NCBI GenBank assembly: GCA_007121975.1
Contig: SKJO01000007.1
Location: 1-40,672 of the forward strand
Source: Nitriliruptoraceae bacterium
GTDB lineage: Bacteria; Actinomycetota; Nitriliruptoria; Nitriliruptorales; Nitriliruptoraceae
Length of the DNA: 40,672 nt
Reading direction: 5' to 3'
In this document: one piece after another, positions 38,544 to 40,672 of the stretch
How positions within the stretch are numbered: the stretch's first letter is position 1
Layout: each line of letters opens with the position of its first letter
Position numbers and translations under genes: made by a program
The notes under the pieces: model-generated
Seen by the model: the letters and a program-made list of their open reading frames with translations, nothing else
What the model was told of the DNA's origin: nothing
Database searches by the model: none

Positions 38544-40103
38544 TCAGCCCTCGTCGGCCGTCGCCGGTGGCCCCCCCATCACCAGCACCTGGGGGCGAAC
38601 CTCGGGCGCGACCGGTTCGGCGGCGTGCTCGGTGAGCCGGTCCAGCAGCCAGTGGCCCCGCTCGGTGCCGGTGTCGGCGATCACGACGTCGCCGCCGGGC
38701 CCGGCCACGTGCGCGACCACGATGATCAGCCCGAGCCGGCGCTGCAGCGGGTTGGCGCGGGTCGAGGCCGCCTGGACCTTGACCACCGGCGCCAGCGAGG
38801 TCACCACCGACAGCGCGCCGGTGCGGGCCGCGACCACCCGCGCGGTGAGTCCGTGCCCGAGCTGCCGGTACTCGACCACGGCCAGCACCGCGAACAGCGG
38901 CAGCAGCGCACCGGCCAGCCACGGCACCACGTCGGGCACCCCGAACGGCGCGTAGCGCCACGCGATGATCGCGCTCGCGCCGATCAGCACGGCCTGGCGC
39001 AGCCACCGGAACATCGTGCGGCGCAGCGCGGCGGGTGGATGGGCCGTCAGGGCAGGGATGCCGGCCACGCCCGGCAGCACCTCGGCGAGCAGGTCGTCGA
39101 TGGCGCGCTCGGGTAGCAGCGGCACGGTGACCCGCCGGTCGGCGTCACCCGAGCCGCCGGCCGAGTGGATCCGGACCGCGGCGAAGCCCAGCAGCCGCCG
39201 CAACCAGTTGCGGTGCACCTCGACCTTCTGGACCCGGCGGAGCGGGACCACCGAGCTGCGCGTGGAGAGCAGCCCGCGGGTCACGCTCAGGTCGTCGCCG
39301 ACGCGCTCGATGCGGAAACCTGCGTCGCGCAGCACCCCGACCACCACCGCGGTGGCCACCGAGGCCACCAGCGTGGCGGCGACACCGAGCAGCGCCAGCC
39401 GCCACCCGAACCCGTCGAGGGCACCGCGGCCGAGCAGGAGCCCTTCGACGAGGTCCTCGGCGCGCTCCGCGGCCCAGTCGCTGAAGGCATCGCCGACGAA
39501 CTGGAAGGCCACGCCCACGATGGCCGGGAACACCAGCAGCCGGGCGCCGGTCACCGAGGCCAGCACCACGTGCCGCAGCGGCACCCGCAGCACGGACTCG
39601 GCGGGGGGAGGGGACAGGGCGTGCTCGCCCTCACCCTCGCTCGCGGCGTCGCCCGCCGCGGCCTTGCTCCGCCGCAGCTCGTCGCGCAGGGCCTCGGCGT
39701 CGGCCAGCGGGATGACCCGCAGCTCCACCTCGACCTCCGAGGAGCTGCCGGCGGTCTCGACGCGCAGCGCGGCCAGCCCGAACAGTCGGGCCACCGCGCC
39801 GCGGTCGATCTCCACCTGCTGGATCCGGGCCACGTCCAGCGCGCGGTGGCTGCGGCTGAGCACGCCCTCCTCGACCCGCAGCACCTCGCCGTCGAACCCG
39901 AAGCTGAAGCGCTGCCAGGCCAGCGTGCGGCCGATCAGCGCCACCACACCGAAGACCGCGAGGATCACCAGGATCACGCGGCCCCCCGCGGCGAACCCGG
40001 CGACCAGCGGGAAGATCAGGGCCTGGATGGTCTGCCTGAGGTCGATGCCGAGCAGGATCGAGGCCGGGTGCAGCCGGCGGTCGGCCAGCCCGTCAGACGG
40101 CAT
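38544..40103 (-). CDS. YdbT-like membrane protein with three bacterial PH (bPH_2/DUF304) repeats
   Basis: Three repeats of a TM hairpin plus motifs of the form F.F....L....G.LSR....L...RIQ.VE. I trimmed to ATG 40103 (MPSDGLADRRLHPASILLG), which overlaps the upstream YdbS-like stop by 11 nt. Confidence 0.8.
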   Translation of the reverse strand: MPSDGLADRRLHPASILLGIDLRQTIQALIFPLVAGFAAGGRVILVILAVFGVVALIGRTLAWQRFSFGFDGEVLRVEEGVLSRSHRALDVARIQQVEIDRGAVARLFGLAALRVETAGSSSEVEVELRVIPLADAEALRDELRRSKAAAGDAASEGEGEHALSPPPAESVLRVPLRHVVLASVTGARLLVFPAIVGVAFQFVGDAFSDWAAERAEDLVEGLLLGRGALDGFGWRLALLGVAATLVASVATAVVVGVLRDAGFRIERVGDDLSVTRGLLSTRSSVVPLRRVQKVEVHRNWLRRLLGFAAVRIHSAGGSGDADRRVTVPLLPERAIDDLLAEVLPGVAGIPALTAHPPAALRRTMFRWLRQAVLIGASAIIAWRYAPFGVPDVVPWLAGALLPLFAVLAVVEYRQLGHGLTARVVAARTGALSVVTSLAPVVKVQAASTRANPLQRRLGLIIVVAHVAGPGGDVVIADTGTERGHWLLDRLTEHAAEPVAPEVRPQVLVMGGPPATADEG

Positions 40104-40671
40104 CGCTGAGCTCCCCCGGGTGGGCGGCCACGGCCTGGGCGGCCCGCCACAGCAGCTCGGCCCGGACGCTTGGTGCATCGGCGTTGGCGATGCCCGGCAG
40201 CCCGACGGTGCCGGTGGCCGAGGCGGTGGTGACCTGCAGGGTGGCCAGTCCCAGCAGCCGGTCGATGGGTCCCTGCACGACGTCGATCTGCTGGATGCGG
40301 AAGTAGGGCACGGCCGAACGCTGGCGGACCAGCACGCCGCGTTCGAGCAGCAGGGCGAGGTCGCTGAGCCACCAGCGCCAGCGCCGGAACCGTGCGCCCG
40401 GATACCACACCAGCAGGGTGACGAGCAGGGCGACGCTCAGCGCCACCACCACCCACCCCGCGCGGCCGAGCAGCAGCACCGCGGTGACCGATGCACCCGC
40501 GAGCAGCGGCACCTGCCACAGCGCCCCGAACACCCGCCAGACCTGCACGATGCCGGGGTCCAGGCCCCGCTCCCGGTCGTCGAGGCCGGGCGGTGGCGCG
40601 CTCGGCGTGGCTGCCGGCGCGCTCGGCGGCGGTGGCGGTGGCGCCGGGGGTGGTGGGGGTGGCAGGTCGGG
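40093..40671 (-). CDS. YdbS-like single bPH_2 (DUF304) membrane protein; 5' end probably beyond the right edge
   Basis: LLERGVLVRQRSAVPYFRIQQIDVVQGPIDRLLGLATLQVTTA is a bPH_2 motif. The frame stays open, encoding a Pro-rich stretch, all the way to the window end, so the start cannot be fixed. The track call begins at GTG 40548. Confidence 0.7.
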   Translation of the reverse strand, partial: PDLPPPPPPAPPPPPPSAPAATPSAPPPGLDDRERGLDPGIVQVWRVFGALWQVPLLAGASVTAVLLLGRAGWVVVALSVALLVTLLVWYPGARFRRWRWWLSDLALLLERGVLVRQRSAVPYFRIQQIDVVQGPIDRLLGLATLQVTTASATGTVGLPGIANADAPSVRAELLWRAAQAVAAHPGELSDAV

Positions 40672-40672
40672 C

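Overview
This window is the chromosomal replication-origin neighbourhood of a very GC-rich, Actinobacteria-like genome (GC not computed; all calls come from reading the ORF track and sequence by eye).

Gene order:
- Minus strand, left of the origin: ABC exporter (ATPase plus two FtsX-type permeases), tRNA-Ile(GAU), DUF3566-like membrane protein, Cys-rich lipoprotein, gyrA, two small membrane proteins, gyrB, a TlpA-like thioredoxin-fold protein, a DsbB/BdbC-like protein, DUF721, recF, dnaN, a DnaA-box-rich spacer (candidate oriC), dnaA.
- Plus strand, diverging from dnaA: rpmH, rnpA, yidD, yidC, jag, rsmG, parA, parB, with two parS-like palindromes.
- Right of parB: a translationally coupled aminotransferase-ddl-HAD-rpiA block (minus strand), then a small TM ORF, GNAT and MFS transporter (plus strand).
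- Then the actinobacterial envelope/redox block on the minus strand: cwlM-like amidase, trxA, trxB, anti-sigma, ECF sigma, Ser/Thr kinase, a large exported protein and a NUDIX hydrolase. A divergent Cys/His-rich membrane protein sits inside this block.
- Finally dtd, a PilT-like ATPase and a YdbS/YdbT-like PH-domain pair.

Many track ORFs are over-extended at the 5' end or are antisense artefacts of high GC. I trimmed starts where an RBS or stop-start overlap supported it.

I found no transposase, integrase, CRISPR array, toxin-antitoxin pair or recognisable defence system. The window is mostly core housekeeping, and I cannot point to a convincing new multi-gene system.

The features most worth a second look:
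1. Two small membrane proteins coupled between gyrB and gyrA.
2. A DsbB/TlpA-like redox pair inserted into the recF-gyrB string.
3. A 4 x 13-bp tandem repeat downstream of an exact GGAAT-N18-GTT (SigR/SigH-type) promoter in front of trxB.
4. A membrane-anchored Cys/His-rich protein divergent from trxBA.
5. An apparently active kinase, with no MurJ ORF, at the position where Mycobacterium has the MurJ-pseudokinase fusion.
6. An orphan, motif-divergent PilT-like ATPase.
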